From assembly GCA_964642015.1 (NCBI GenBank), contig CAZXLF010000003.1, positions 164,204-228,203 of the forward strand: 64,000 bases of DNA, in the 5' to 3' direction. How positions within the stretch are numbered: position 1 is the stretch's first letter; each line of letters opens with the position of its first letter. Made by a program: the position numbers and the translations under genes. Origin of the DNA: an uncultured Planctomycetia bacterium. Its GTDB lineage: Bacteria; Omnitrophota; Gorgyraeia; 2-02-FULL-51-18. This document shows positions 28,838 through 39,710 of this stretch, piece after piece. The notes under the pieces are model-generated. The model did no database searches. It was not told where the DNA came from and saw only the letters and a program-made list of their open reading frames with translations.

Positions 28838-29656
28838 TCAACGTGTTAATTTTTTCTCAATGATCACTGTGCCAAAATCCGCTTCGGAGCTTGTCCTTGT
28901 ATTATCAGAATCGCTCATCAAAGCAATGGCTCCCACCGGCTTTGCCGGAGCTTTTCCAAAAAGTTTTTCGTAATCCTCGTACACATTCCTTTCTTCTTCA
29001 TACCATCCGCCTGCGGCCACAGGCGCAGGCCCGCTTCTCAAAACGAATAATTTGATCCTGTCAGAATACGGGCTTGACGCGGTCGTATTCACAGGTGTTT
29101 TTTCATCCCAAATATACTCAATGACATCCGATTTAAAAAAATTAGCCCCGGGAAAAATAACATATACCCTGGCTGCAAAATCATCTTCGCTCTTATTGGA
29201 GATCGTCTCAGTGTGCTGCTTCTTTGGAAAAAGGACCGCGCGCCATTTCCAGGAAACACAAAGGTCCGGAGTCGCTGGATAATCCACTTTGACGTAGAGG
29301 CCTGAACATGCATCGCTGCTTTTAGATTTCAAAAAACCGCTCCCTTTATCGCTCAAAACCTGGAACTGCGTACTGCCTTTGAATATTTTTTCTTCCCATT
29401 GTTTCAATGACGCTGAATTATCAAAGGTATATTGTGCAAGCATCTTAAAATTAGAAGCGGGCCGGACCGCAGGAATTAAAGGGGCCCGAACAGGCGTTTT
29501 AACAATAATTGGGGAATGTGCAGGTAAAGGGGTCAACAAACCGATGGAATTTCTAATAGCAGTGGCCAATAAATCATTGCTAGCCACTGATAAAAGCAGG
29601 GCCGCTTCTAAAAAAAGAATAAGCATTAGCCAGCGGAGCCTGACCCGTGTATTCAC
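28838..29656 (-). CDS. Secreted hypothetical protein
   Basis: Signal peptide. I recognised no catalytic motif. Confidence 0.45.
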   Translation of the reverse strand: MNTRVRLRWLMLILFLEAALLLSVASNDLLATAIRNSIGLLTPLPAHSPIIVKTPVRAPLIPAVRPASNFKMLAQYTFDNSASLKQWEEKIFKGSTQFQVLSDKGSGFLKSKSSDACSGLYVKVDYPATPDLCVSWKWRAVLFPKKQHTETISNKSEDDFAARVYVIFPGANFFKSDVIEYIWDEKTPVNTTASSPYSDRIKLFVLRSGPAPVAAGGWYEEERNVYEDYEKLFGKAPAKPVGAIALMSDSDNTRTSSEADFGTVIIEKKLTR

Positions 29657-31275
29657 TGAGAATATCGATTGGTTATAGGCATGCGCCTATCCTTGCCAAA
29701 TGCCTTGGGCGTTATCTTGACCCCAGGAGGAGATTGCCTCCGCTTGTATTCGTTATTATCGACCATTCGGGCGATCTTTTTGGACACACTCACAGGAATT
29801 CCATGGCGAGCGATCTTTTCGACAGATAGATCGTTCTCAACGTATAACTCAAGAAAACGGTCCAAAACATCATAAGGAGGCAATGTATCTTGATCTTTCT
29901 GTCCGTGCCTCAATTCAGCGGTAGGAGGACGTTTAATAATACTTTCAGGAATTGACGGCCTTTGGGACAGTGAATTTCTATGCTTAGCAAGCTTAAAAAC
30001 AAGCGTTTTAGGCACATCTTTGATCACCGCAAAGCCGCCGGCCATATCCCCATAAAGCGTGCAATACCCTGTCGCCATTTCGCTTTTATTACCGGTGGTC
30101 AAAACCAAATGGCCGAACTTATTGGACAGCGCCATCAAAATATTGCCCCGAATACGTGCTTGAATATTTTCTTCTGTGGTATCCGCTGACCGGGATGAAA
30201 AAACATCCCTAAAAACAGATAAATATTTATCAAGGATGTCGTCAATCTTGAATTCAAGGCATTCGATCGAAAGATTTTCCGCGAGCTTTCTGGCATCTTT
30301 ATAAGTCTCATTAGAGGTGTAGGGCGATGGCATGGTCACGCCGATGACATTATCCGCTCCGAGAGCATCCACAGCAATGCAAGCAACAAGTGCCGAGTCG
30401 ATCCCTCCGCTTAGACCGATCAGCACCTTTTTAAATCTATTCTTTAAAATATAATCGCGCGTACCCAACACCAGCGCCTTATAAACCTCTTCCTCGGTTT
30501 TCGGCGCTTTCGGCGGAATGGACAGTTTTTTCTTCGAAAGGTCGAACGTTAAAAGCTCTTCCTCAAATCTCTTGGCAGCCGCGATCATTTTGCCCGAAGC
30601 GTCTATCGCCATGCTTCCGCCGTCAAACACCAACTCATCCTGCCCGCCCACAAGATTGTGATAGATCACCGTTCGACGCATTTTTGTCGCAAGATCTTTA
30701 ACAAGCTTTTCACGCACTGCTTGTTTATTCATAAAATAAGGCGAGGCGGATATATTGACTAGGAGTGAGATCTTATCCGAATAACTTTTTTGATAAACAA
30801 AACTTTCTTTAAGCCAAATATCCTCGCAGATCGTAATGCCAAGAGTGGATTTGCCCAGATCGACGAACCCCTCGGAAGATCCAGCGATGAAATATCGTCT
30901 TTCATCGAATACGCTGTAATTGGGCAGGTAACATTTATGATAAACATAACGGACCTTTTGATCCGATATCAGTGCCGCGGCGTTATAAAGCCTCTTTTGT
31001 TTATCCCTATCAACGAACCCGACGACCGCCATAATGCCTTTTGTCTCTCTGGCCAAAGACTCAAGCACACGGATATTCTCGGATATGAAATGATCTTTAA
31101 AAAGAATATCTTCCGGCGGATATCCGGTGATCGCCAATTCCGGAAATGTCACAAGGTCCGACCTCTCCTTTTTTGCCTGGTCGATATAACGCAGGATCTT
31201 CTCCTGATTACCTGCAAGATCACCTACCGTTGTATTGATCTGCGCTATAGAAACTCTGATAGCAGGCAGTTTCAT
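29653..31275 (-). CDS. nadE: Glutamine-dependent NAD+ synthetase (nitrilase + NAD synthase domains)
   Basis: N-terminal CN-hydrolase domain (C in ICEDIW) and the PP-loop GLSGGIDSA. Confidence 0.9.
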   Translation of the reverse strand: MKLPAIRVSIAQINTTVGDLAGNQEKILRYIDQAKKERSDLVTFPELAITGYPPEDILFKDHFISENIRVLESLARETKGIMAVVGFVDRDKQKRLYNAAALISDQKVRYVYHKCYLPNYSVFDERRYFIAGSSEGFVDLGKSTLGITICEDIWLKESFVYQKSYSDKISLLVNISASPYFMNKQAVREKLVKDLATKMRRTVIYHNLVGGQDELVFDGGSMAIDASGKMIAAAKRFEEELLTFDLSKKKLSIPPKAPKTEEEVYKALVLGTRDYILKNRFKKVLIGLSGGIDSALVACIAVDALGADNVIGVTMPSPYTSNETYKDARKLAENLSIECLEFKIDDILDKYLSVFRDVFSSRSADTTEENIQARIRGNILMALSNKFGHLVLTTGNKSEMATGYCTLYGDMAGGFAVIKDVPKTLVFKLAKHRNSLSQRPSIPESIIKRPPTAELRHGQKDQDTLPPYDVLDRFLELYVENDLSVEKIARHGIPVSVSKKIARMVDNNEYKRRQSPPGVKITPKAFGKDRRMPITNRYSQ

Positions 31276-31616
31276 TAAAAATCCTTCACAGCGATCAACT
31301 GTGTATGATCATCACATTCCAGCGATAAAGCCGTCAGCTCGACGGGCCGAATCTCGGTCTGAATGATGCCCCAAAACGCGTTAAGCAGGCCGGCATCCGT
31401 AAGATCTTTATTTTTCAAAAAATCAACATGCAATCCAAGATCCCTTGAATCTATTTTTTTTATCAACACCTCACGAATTTTTTTATCCACCGCCGCTTCT
31501 TCAGATTCGCTTAATGCGCCTGTCGTCACGCTCAAAATATAATTGTGTCCGATCACACGATCGGCCTTGGTATAACTGGCGCTGAAATTAAATTTCTTTG
31601 TGCGGATAATCTTCAT
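31275..31616 (-). CDS. 6-pyruvoyl-tetrahydropterin synthase (PTPS/QueD)-like protein, short and divergent
   Basis: FNFSASY ... RVIGHNYILSV resembles the PTPS core FSAAHRL ... HGHNY. Two of the three Zn-ligand His appear to be substituted. Confidence 0.55.
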   Translation of the reverse strand: MKIIRTKKFNFSASYTKADRVIGHNYILSVTTGALSESEEAAVDKKIREVLIKKIDSRDLGLHVDFLKNKDLTDAGLLNAFWGIIQTEIRPVELTALSLECDDHTQLIAVKDF

Positions 31617-31647
31617 GGGAGGAAACCAAAAATTTTAATGCGCGGAC

Positions 31648-32208
31648 CTATTTCCGGTCTACTAAATTCATAAATTCCATGCGTGTCGCGCGGTCCGAAC
31701 GAAACACGCCAAGCATGGTGCTTGTCACGCAAATTGCATTTTGTTTCTCAACGCCTCGCATCGCCATGCAAAGATGCAACGCCTCAATGATGACCCCGAC
31801 TCCCAAAGGTTTTAGAGATTCCTCTAAACAATTGGCGATCTGATGCGTCAGGCGTTCTTGAACCTGTAAACGGCGGGCGAACATGTCTACGATCCGCGGG
31901 ATCTTGCTTAAACCAATGATCCTGCCGTTGGGGATATATGCCACGTGACATTTTCCGTAAAAAGGCAAAAGATGATGCTCGCACAGGCTGAAAAGATCTA
32001 TGTCTTTCATCAACACCATCTCATCATATTCTTCATCAAAAACCGCGCCATTCAATATTTCGGAAGAGGTTTTTTTATAGCCGCTAGTCAGATATTTGTA
32101 GGACGCTTCTACGCGCTGAGGGGTTTTTTTTAAGCCTTGACGGAAGGGGTCCTCATTGATCGAGATCAAAAGCTCACGGGTAAGATCTTCTATTTTCTTT
32201 TTTTTCAT
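31648..32208 (-). CDS. folE: GTP cyclohydrolase I
   Basis: [21 protein letters not shown] active-site block. The start is placed at the internal Met at 32208 (MKKKKIEDL), giving about 186 aa. Confidence 0.9.
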   Translation of the reverse strand: MKKKKIEDLTRELLISINEDPFRQGLKKTPQRVEASYKYLTSGYKKTSSEILNGAVFDEEYDEMVLMKDIDLFSLCEHHLLPFYGKCHVAYIPNGRIIGLSKIPRIVDMFARRLQVQERLTHQIANCLEESLKPLGVGVIIEALHLCMAMRGVEKQNAICVTSTMLGVFRSDRATRMEFMNLVDRK

Positions 32209-32312
32209 GGATTGATTATAGGGCTTGCAGAATGGCGATTCAACACAAAAAAATTGCCCTTTTGACCGCTTATCTCTAAACAATCAAAAGGGCAACAAAT
32301 AAATAGTTCTAT

Positions 32313-32657
32313 TTATTCTAAACGAGCCTTTTCAGGGTTAATGAGCGGCTGCTTTTTTGGAATCCAGAAAGTGAGCAGGTCAATCGCGCCTGCGCCTACT
32401 CTATGGATCGTCTTGCGAACGCCGATCGCACCGCCGGCAACAACACCAGTGAGCTGATCACCGGTAGTTTTGCCTTTGGCAGCTTCTGCGTGTGTGCTGT
32501 CAAGGACTTCCACCCAACCAGTCGCCGCATTACGCGAACCGACTTGTACGTTTTTCACCTGATCCTTGCCGTCATTGGATCCAGCATCCGCAAACGCAGG
32601 AAGAGTGAAAACCGTGACCACTGCTAACACGGAAAAGAACGCTACTAATTTCTTCAC
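32313..32657 (-). CDS. Small secreted protein (paralog of 51663..51989)
   Basis: Signal peptide. It shares TGWVE(V/L) and (V/T)G(A/T)GA(I/IY) blocks with the 108-aa protein at 51663..51989. Confidence 0.5.
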   Translation of the reverse strand: MKKLVAFFSVLAVVTVFTLPAFADAGSNDGKDQVKNVQVGSRNAATGWVEVLDSTHAEAAKGKTTGDQLTGVVAGGAIGVRKTIHRVGAGAIDLLTFWIPKKQPLINPEKARLE

Positions 32658-32846
32658 TTAAGCCTCCTTAATTTATATTCATGAGAACACATTCGGCGAT
32701 TAATGTATCACAACTGTCAAATTCATGCAAGCAAATTTTAACATCCCTTGGCCAACCATATATTCCTGTGAATTTTTCATATTTTTTATGACTTTTCTAT
32801 TAAAATTCATAACTTATAGGAATATGATTACATCTATTTAACAATT

Positions 32847-33350
32847 TTAACGGAAATTCAGGAACTGAAGATCGATACCAAAATCTTTCTGCTTAACATA
32901 GCCAATGGTTGATTGAAGATCGTCGATCTTTGGGGATTGGACGCGAACTTGATCTTCTTGGATCTGAGCTTGAACTTTGATCTTTGATTCTTTAATGCTT
33001 TTGACGATCTCTTTGGCTTTATCGGAAGGAATGCCATTTTGGATCGTGACGACCTGTTTGACCGAACCGCCAACCATCCCAGTCTCTACGGTCTCAAATT
33101 TCAGCGCCTTCAAAGATACGTTGCGCTTAACACATTTGGTCTGAAGCAGATCAACGAGAGTTTTTAGACGATATTCATTTTCCGTTTTAAGCGTGACTGT
33201 TTTCTGCGTTTTATCCAATTCAATCGAGCTCTCCGATCCTTTAAAATCAAATCGCTGGCTTAACTCTTTTTTTGCCTGCTGCACGGCATTATCGATTTCC
33301 TGCATATTCACTTCGGAAACAATATCGAATGAATGGTCTTTGGATCCCAT
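32847..33350 (-). CDS. yajQ: YajQ-family (UPF0234) nucleotide-binding protein
   Basis: SFDIVSEV ... QRFDFKGS family signature, 167 aa. Confidence 0.85.
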   Translation of the reverse strand: MGSKDHSFDIVSEVNMQEIDNAVQQAKKELSQRFDFKGSESSIELDKTQKTVTLKTENEYRLKTLVDLLQTKCVKRNVSLKALKFETVETGMVGGSVKQVVTIQNGIPSDKAKEIVKSIKESKIKVQAQIQEDQVRVQSPKIDDLQSTIGYVKQKDFGIDLQFLNFR

Positions 33351-33352
33351 AG

Positions 33353-34243
33353 TTATCTCGCGTTTAGCGGAACGCTTGATATCATTTTTTTAACGGAAAC
33401 TCCCAACTCGCTCAAATTTTTTACCACTTCGATGCCTTTAGCGCTTAATGCATTCATTTTTTCCTGCGCTGTCCCGTGAGATCCGGAAACAATTGCGCCT
33501 GCGTGACCCATACGCTTACCCTTGGGCGCTGTTGCGCCGGCAATAAACGCAGCCACTTTCTTTTTCATGTTCTTCTGTATATACCCGGCAGCTTCCTCTT
33601 CCTGGCTCCCGCCGATCTCCCCTATCATTAAAACCGCCTCGGTCTGAGGATCTTGCTCAAATAATTTTAGTGCATCAATGAACCCGGTACCAATCACTGG
33701 ATCGCCGCCGATGCCGATACATGTTGTTTGTCCAAGACCGGCATTGGTAAGCTGCCACACCGCTTCATAAGTTAACGTGCCGCTTCTTGAAATAACGCCG
33801 ATATTCCCTTTTTTGTGGATATATCCTGGCATAATCCCAATTTTACATTCTTCGGATGTGATGATTCCTGGGCAATTTGGGCCGATTATCGTAACATTCT
33901 TCGCTTTCGCATATTCAACGGCCCGGATCATATCCAGTGTTGGAATACCTTCGGTGATGCAAACAATCAGTTTTATTCCCGCGTCTATAGCCTCAATCAA
34001 CGCAGCCAAAGCAAAAGCGGCCGGCACATAGACCATCGATGCGCTGGCGCCTGTTTTCCCTACCGCTTCTTTTACAGTATCAAAAACGGGTATTGATCCT
34101 ACAAAGGAACCTCCTTTTTTTGGAGTCACACCACCGACAAGCTTCGTGCCGTACTCAAGGCATTTCTGCGCATGAAAGCTACCTGCTTTTCCGGTAATGC
34201 CCTGGCAAATGACTTTAGTCTGCTTATCAATGAGAATTGACAT
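33353..34243 (-). CDS. sucD: Succinyl-CoA synthetase alpha subunit
   Basis: CoA-binding Rossmann motif and the phospho-His loop ([15 protein letters not shown]). Confidence 0.95.
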   Translation of the reverse strand: MSILIDKQTKVICQGITGKAGSFHAQKCLEYGTKLVGGVTPKKGGSFVGSIPVFDTVKEAVGKTGASASMVYVPAAFALAALIEAIDAGIKLIVCITEGIPTLDMIRAVEYAKAKNVTIIGPNCPGIITSEECKIGIMPGYIHKKGNIGVISRSGTLTYEAVWQLTNAGLGQTTCIGIGGDPVIGTGFIDALKLFEQDPQTEAVLMIGEIGGSQEEEAAGYIQKNMKKKVAAFIAGATAPKGKRMGHAGAIVSGSHGTAQEKMNALSAKGIEVVKNLSELGVSVKKMISSVPLNAR

Positions 34244-35417
34244 GCGAATCCCTATATTCTTTCGCTTTCAAGACAGCCATCCGAGCCGCTTCTTCGATCG
34301 TGGCGCACGAGATGATCTTGAGATCGGAATTTTTCAAAAGCGTCCTGCCTTCTTCAACGCGCGTACCTTCAAGTCTCACGACCAGAGGAACTTGAAGCTG
34401 GACCTCATGAGACGCTTCGATTACCCCTTGCGCGATCACATCGCACTTCATGATACCGCCGAAAATATTCACAAAAATGGCTTCGACACGCCCATCCTGT
34501 AAAATGATCTTAAACCCTTCTCTGACCTGATCGACTGTGGCGCCGCCTCCGACATCTAAAAAGTTGGCCGGCTCGCCGCCCGCAAGCTTGATCATGTCCA
34601 TCGTTGCCATCGCCAAACCGGCTCCATTTACCAGACAGCCGATATTTCCGTTCATCGAAACATAACTCAATCCGAATTCTTTGGCTCTGCTTTCACGGAT
34701 GTCCTCTTCGTCAGGATCTTTTAATGACCGGATATCCTCATGCCTAAAAAGAGCGTTATCATCGAAAACGATCTTGGCGTCAAGCGCCAAAACTTTCCCA
34801 TCTTTTGATAAAACTAGCGGATTGATTTCACAGATCGAAGCATCTTTCTGGACAAAAAGGTGGGCTAATTTTTCGCCGATATCACAGATCTGCTTTGCAA
34901 TATTTTCATCAGGGATACTTTTTTTAATAACAGGCAGGATCGAAGCGCTTGAAGGCAGGTTATCGGGAGAAAAATGGATTTTCAGGATCGCTTCTGGGTT
35001 TTTTATGGCAACTTCTTCGATCTCCACTCCGCCCTCTTTAGAAAAAAGGATTACAGGCAAGCCCACTGATCTATCCACAACAATACCCAAATAATATTCA
35101 GACTGAATAGCGATGTCCTCGGCGATCAACACCGCTTTGACGATCTTGGATTCACCTCCGGATTGATAAGTGGAGAAAGGTCTCCCTATAAATTTTTCGC
35201 AGAATGCGGTCGCCTCATTCGCGCTTTTGACAACCTGAACGCCGCCAGCTTTTCCGCGTCCGCCCATAAGTACCTGGACTTTTGCGATGCCGTTTGGATT
35301 TCCGACGCGTTTCAAAATATCCGACGCCTGACCAGCGCTTGTCACCACCTCACCGCGTGAGACCGGGATCCGAAATGTTTGCAAAAGCGCTCTTGCCTGA
35401 TACTCGTGGATCTTCAC
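34227..35417 (-). CDS. sucC: Succinyl-CoA synthetase beta subunit
   Basis: ATP-grasp N-domain [12 protein letters not shown] and ligase-CoA domain. Confidence 0.95.
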   Translation of the reverse strand: MKIHEYQARALLQTFRIPVSRGEVVTSAGQASDILKRVGNPNGIAKVQVLMGGRGKAGGVQVVKSANEATAFCEKFIGRPFSTYQSGGESKIVKAVLIAEDIAIQSEYYLGIVVDRSVGLPVILFSKEGGVEIEEVAIKNPEAILKIHFSPDNLPSSASILPVIKKSIPDENIAKQICDIGEKLAHLFVQKDASICEINPLVLSKDGKVLALDAKIVFDDNALFRHEDIRSLKDPDEEDIRESRAKEFGLSYVSMNGNIGCLVNGAGLAMATMDMIKLAGGEPANFLDVGGGATVDQVREGFKIILQDGRVEAIFVNIFGGIMKCDVIAQGVIEASHEVQLQVPLVVRLEGTRVEEGRTLLKNSDLKIISCATIEEAARMAVLKAKEYRDSHVNSH

Positions 35418-35437
35418 TTAAATTTCCTTATGAAATT

Positions 35438-36409
35438 TCATGCGGTCTTGGAAGAGCTGATTTCGTGAAGCCCCAGTCTTTCTACCTCGGCTATTCCCTG
35501 TTTGACCTTATCAGCGGATAACATAAGACCTTTCTTTTCCTCAGCGGCGAGATCTATTTCAATGACTTTTTCAACGCCATTTTTCCCTAATTGTGCCGGG
35601 GCTCCAAAATAAACATCTTTGATCCCGTATTCTCCATGCAGATAAGCACAAACCGGGAGAGTCTTTTTTTCGTCTTTCAATATCGCTTTGACCATTTCAC
35701 AAACAGAGCTCGCCGGCGCATAGAAAGCGCTGCCAGTCTTAAGAAGCGCCACTATCTCCGCTCCTCCGTCCCTCGTCCTCTGCTCGATCTTGGCTAACTC
35801 ATCCGAAGGAATAAGTTCTTTAATGGATTTTCCATTGGCTTTGGAATGGCTGGATACAGGGACCATCAAGTCTCCATGTCCGCCTAGAACAACGGCATTC
35901 ACCTCACGTGGAATACAGGACAACTTCTCAGCGATGAAAAATCTCATCCGAGCTGTGTCCAACACTCCCGCCATACCAAAAACTCGTTTTTCAGGAAAAC
36001 CGGTGACCTTCTGCGCTAGATAGGTCATAATATCCAACGGATTCGTCACGATGATCAACTTGGATTCCGGTGCGTACTTCCGGACATTGGAACAAACATC
36101 CGTAATGATCTTCGCATTCATTGATAAGAGATCTTCGCGTGTCATTCCAGGTTTTCGCGGTAACCCAGCCGTTACCACAACGATCTCAGCGCCTTCGATA
36201 TCTTTATAATCGTTCGTGCCCATGATAAAGCGGTCGTGGCCTTCTATCGGCGCAGCTTCCATAAGATCGAGTGCTTTGCCCTGAGGCATTCCTTGGACCA
36301 CATCAAAAAGCACCACATCCGAGAGATTTTTTTCAAGGATGCGCTGAGCAGCGGTCGCTCCGACCTGACCGGCCCCGATTACGGCTACGAATGGTCTTCG
36401 AATTTTCAA
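35438..36409 (-). CDS. mdh: Malate dehydrogenase (LDH-like)
   Basis: VAVIGAGQVGATAA Rossmann motif, the catalytic GLPRKPGMTR loop, and the His in GGHGD. Confidence 0.9.
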   Translation of the reverse strand: MKIRRPFVAVIGAGQVGATAAQRILEKNLSDVVLFDVVQGMPQGKALDLMEAAPIEGHDRFIMGTNDYKDIEGAEIVVVTAGLPRKPGMTREDLLSMNAKIITDVCSNVRKYAPESKLIIVTNPLDIMTYLAQKVTGFPEKRVFGMAGVLDTARMRFFIAEKLSCIPREVNAVVLGGHGDLMVPVSSHSKANGKSIKELIPSDELAKIEQRTRDGGAEIVALLKTGSAFYAPASSVCEMVKAILKDEKKTLPVCAYLHGEYGIKDVYFGAPAQLGKNGVEKVIEIDLAAEEKKGLMLSADKVKQGIAEVERLGLHEISSSKTA

Positions 36410-36440
36410 TTTAAAATTCCTCCTTTAAGGTCGCATGAAA

Positions 36441-37172
36441 TCAAGAACGGCATACAGCCATAAGATCAATGCTGTCATCGATCGTCGATTTCTTCAGCCA
36501 ATGGAAATCGTCCACAGTTATTTTCTGGAAATAGTTGCTGACGGGATTGAATGCCGTCGGCGTAAAATTAAAAACCCCGATCTTCTTTAAACGCTCAAAA
36601 AAAGCATGCCTCAGCTTAGGATATAATCCATAAAGCGTCACCTGACTAAAAAAGGGCTTAAGAAACGCTTCGAGATCCCCTGCTGTGAACTCTTTGTCAT
36701 GATGCGGTGCTTTGAAGTACGGCTTCCCTGGTTTCTGGTTTTTTTTAAGATTCAGCGTAGAAAAACAGACCACTCCTCCGCTTCGAGTTACGCGTTTGAT
36801 ACCTTTCACAAAAGAATTCAGTTCGGCTTGAGGAATGTGCTCGATAACCTGAAAAGATATTGTCAGGTCAAAATACTGGTCCGGCCACTGAAGATCCGTG
36901 GCATTCATTTTTAAAAATTGGAGGTTTGACTTCCTATATTTTGCCACCGCTGTGCGGACGTTTTGATCAAAAAGATCTATCGCCTTTACCTCATGCGCGG
37001 TATCAGCCAAAAAAGATGAACCGTACCCATCCCCAAAGCCTATCTCGAGAACTTTACCTCTGCAAAACTGACGCGCAAAATAATAAGCGCTCAGATGCTT
37101 GGCAACAAACCGCGGTGAGTCCTTTTCGGGATCAATGCCCCCGTGTTCTGAGACTACAAAATCGTCAGCCAA
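36441..37172 (-). CDS. Class I SAM-dependent methyltransferase
   Basis: Motif I VLEIGFGDGYGS. Confidence 0.75.
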   Translation of the reverse strand: MADDFVVSEHGGIDPEKDSPRFVAKHLSAYYFARQFCRGKVLEIGFGDGYGSSFLADTAHEVKAIDLFDQNVRTAVAKYRKSNLQFLKMNATDLQWPDQYFDLTISFQVIEHIPQAELNSFVKGIKRVTRSGGVVCFSTLNLKKNQKPGKPYFKAPHHDKEFTAGDLEAFLKPFFSQVTLYGLYPKLRHAFFERLKKIGVFNFTPTAFNPVSNYFQKITVDDFHWLKKSTIDDSIDLMAVCRS

Positions 37173-37656
37173 CTAATATCTTTCCCAGCGCTTCGCTCAC
37201 ACGTTTTGCGTCCGCGCTACCAGATAATTTTTCAGTAAGCAATTTCATCATCTTCCCAAAATCTTTTTTCGACGTGGCACCCGCCGCGGCGACTTCCTTA
37301 CCGATAAGGTCATTCAGCTCGACGTCGGACAATTGTTTCGGGAGATAGCTCTCAAGTATTTCGGACTCCCGTATTTCCTTATCAGCCAATTCCTTGCGGC
37401 CGCCCTTAACGAATTGATCAATGGATTCCTTGCGCTGTTTGATCTGCTTCTGGATGATCTGCTGGATATCGGCATCGGTAAGCGTTTCCGCTTTTTTATC
37501 AATCGCGCTATATTTTAGGGCTGATTTAAGGAACCGCAACGTCGAAAGCTTGGTTTCGTCGCGGGAGATCATCGCCTGCTTTAAATCCTGGTCGATTTTT
37601 TCCTGTAAAGACACAACTTCCTCCTGAATCTTAAAAATTTTAAGGGGAGGCCGCAA
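37165..37656 (-). CDS. GatB/YqeY-domain protein
   Basis: YqeY family pattern (DLKQAMISRDETKLSTLRFLKSAL). Confidence 0.7.
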   Translation of the reverse strand: MRPPLKIFKIQEEVVSLQEKIDQDLKQAMISRDETKLSTLRFLKSALKYSAIDKKAETLTDADIQQIIQKQIKQRKESIDQFVKGGRKELADKEIRESEILESYLPKQLSDVELNDLIGKEVAAAGATSKKDFGKMMKLLTEKLSGSADAKRVSEALGKILVG

Positions 37657-37703
37657 TCCGCAAAGATTACAACCTCCCCTTGAACCCGTTTAAATCCGAG
37701 CGT

Positions 37704-38072
37704 TTATTTCTTGTCTTCTTCTGCGGCCTTTACCGGAACCTGAACTGTCTCAGCAGTAGTCTGACCGGCTGTTTGAAGCGTGCCTACGGTCGCATCACCG
37801 ACGATATTTCCCGTCTTGGCCACATCCCCCTTCAACACTTCAGAAGTATTCTCGCCTGTTTTCGCGACAACCTTTTCCCCTGTGTTCTGAAGAGTATTAG
37901 CCGTCATTCCCGCCGTTTCCTGGGTAGCTTTCACAGGGTAGTGGAAAAGCCTTCTAAAAAAGCCTGTCACGCTGTTCTCTGAGTCACTGGCAGCAAATGA
38001 GGTTGAAGCCATCGACAACGAAAAAATCCCGAATAGTAAAAAAGCCGAAAATTTCTTGAGTGATCGAAACAT
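37704..38072 (-). CDS. Small secreted protein with degenerate ~11-aa repeats
   Basis: Signal peptide followed by repeated KTGEN/KTGNI/QTAGQ-type units. Confidence 0.45.
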   Translation of the reverse strand: MFRSLKKFSAFLLFGIFSLSMASTSFAASDSENSVTGFFRRLFHYPVKATQETAGMTANTLQNTGEKVVAKTGENTSEVLKGDVAKTGNIVGDATVGTLQTAGQTTAETVQVPVKAAEEDKK

Positions 38073-38140
38073 TAAAGCCTCCTAGGTTAATTTTGGGTAT
38101 TATAAAAACAGCTCTTGGCTAAGTCAAGAAAATACTGGTT

Positions 38141-39676
38141 CTAAGGGTTGGCGACGATCTCGTAATCCGCCGTAATTCGCGGATCGGTATTGGTAAGCAA
38201 AAGGTACATTTTATCGATATCCGAAGCTTGAAGACCCTCTTTTTTGAGCCAATCTTTTAAATGGAGCGTTGTTATTGCGCCTGATTTTACGGGGCCTATA
38301 TCCTTTGTCAGAAGCGATCCACCCTTGGTCATGATCACGCTTTGCACTTCTAACGGAAGCCCGGTCCCTTTATGGGCGATGCCAAAGTCGGGCACGGTCA
38401 TATCGCTTGGATCCAGATCGATCTGAACATAATCTGTCGCCCAGCCAGAAACATCTGCTTTTTCGGTGTTGTCACCGGCCACTCCCGGTTCTCCAAACTT
38501 TGCTGACATGTTTTCCCATTTCCCCACCCAATCCGTACGGCATATTTTACCAAGTAAATTTTTACCGCCGTCACCGTCTAAAATATAAAAATCCCCATTC
38601 GCATAAACTAAATGCGTTTTAGCTATCTCTTTGAGGAACGCCTCGTCGTCCTTTAAACCGAAATCTTTAAGCAATATCGCCATCGCAAATGTCTTAAGCA
38701 GCTTGTTGAACGGCGTCTTTGTGGCTTTTTCAAGGGAAGATTCAAAACCTTGATTGGAATAATTCCTGAAATCCCGACTCAATTTTTCTATCACAGGCAT
38801 CCCGTAATTATGGTCGATAAAACGCCAAAAGAGCGCATTTTCGTACCTCAGATCCGTAAATGGCTGATCAGGATAGCGCATGAAATAATTGGACCCGCCG
38901 CGTGAAAAACGGATCTTATCGGGCAATGTTTGCTTAAAGCCCTGTGAGAAAAAATCATGTCTTGCGCCGGCAAACGTCTCGAAATACCTGGCCAGCCCCT
39001 CCACATACCAATCCACCTTTCGGCCCGCACCGCTTCCCATGGTTTCTTGGAATCCTGAATCTTTATTCAGGTTTTTATTGTAATAAAAAAGGATCACGTG
39101 TAGCATCTCATGGATCAGAGTGCCCCTGAGGTCAACATTCACGTTGCGCGTACCAAGCGACGAAGGATTGATCTTTTCCCAGTTTTTGATGAACTCTCGA
39201 TAATTGGCAGGAAGCAGTATCACCGCTTCATAAGCAGTCTCCGAAACTTTAAGTGTGTCGAAACAGGGCGCATCCTTGAATGAAAGACCATTGAAACCGC
39301 GACTCAATATGCTCGCATCATTTGAAGAATCGCCTAAATAGATATCGATGGTCTTGTCGGGGTCGTAAGCATAACTTTTATCCGGGTCGGCAAAAGAAAA
39401 ACCTGCGGTTGAAAAACCTTCAAACTGAGTAATTGTCTGATAAGCCTGAACGGCTGAATCCAGTACCTCTTTCGCAAAACGGGAATTTTCTCCATACCGC
39501 TTGAGGATCCGCTCGTTATAATGGACTCTAATCCCGACCCCATCGCCAAATCGGTACTCGTAGGATCTGTCCAATGAATTCTCTAAATCAGCGGCCAAAA
39601 GAGTTCCTTGAGAAATAAAAAAAGAAATCCCGATGGCCATCAAGGAAAAACAACGAGTTTTTACGAAGAACCGCAT
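38141..39676 (-). CDS. Secreted protein with HExxH motif (putative zinc metallopeptidase)
   Basis: Signal peptide and an HEMLH motif in TLIHEMLHVILFY. I recognised no other family signature. Confidence 0.5.
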   Translation of the reverse strand: MRFFVKTRCFSLMAIGISFFISQGTLLAADLENSLDRSYEYRFGDGVGIRVHYNERILKRYGENSRFAKEVLDSAVQAYQTITQFEGFSTAGFSFADPDKSYAYDPDKTIDIYLGDSSNDASILSRGFNGLSFKDAPCFDTLKVSETAYEAVILLPANYREFIKNWEKINPSSLGTRNVNVDLRGTLIHEMLHVILFYYNKNLNKDSGFQETMGSGAGRKVDWYVEGLARYFETFAGARHDFFSQGFKQTLPDKIRFSRGGSNYFMRYPDQPFTDLRYENALFWRFIDHNYGMPVIEKLSRDFRNYSNQGFESSLEKATKTPFNKLLKTFAMAILLKDFGLKDDEAFLKEIAKTHLVYANGDFYILDGDGGKNLLGKICRTDWVGKWENMSAKFGEPGVAGDNTEKADVSGWATDYVQIDLDPSDMTVPDFGIAHKGTGLPLEVQSVIMTKGGSLLTKDIGPVKSGAITTLHLKDWLKKEGLQASDIDKMYLLLTNTDPRITADYEIVANP

Positions 39677-39710
39677 ATGAACCCTGTTCTTGCCGGGCTA
39701 ACGCCTGAAC

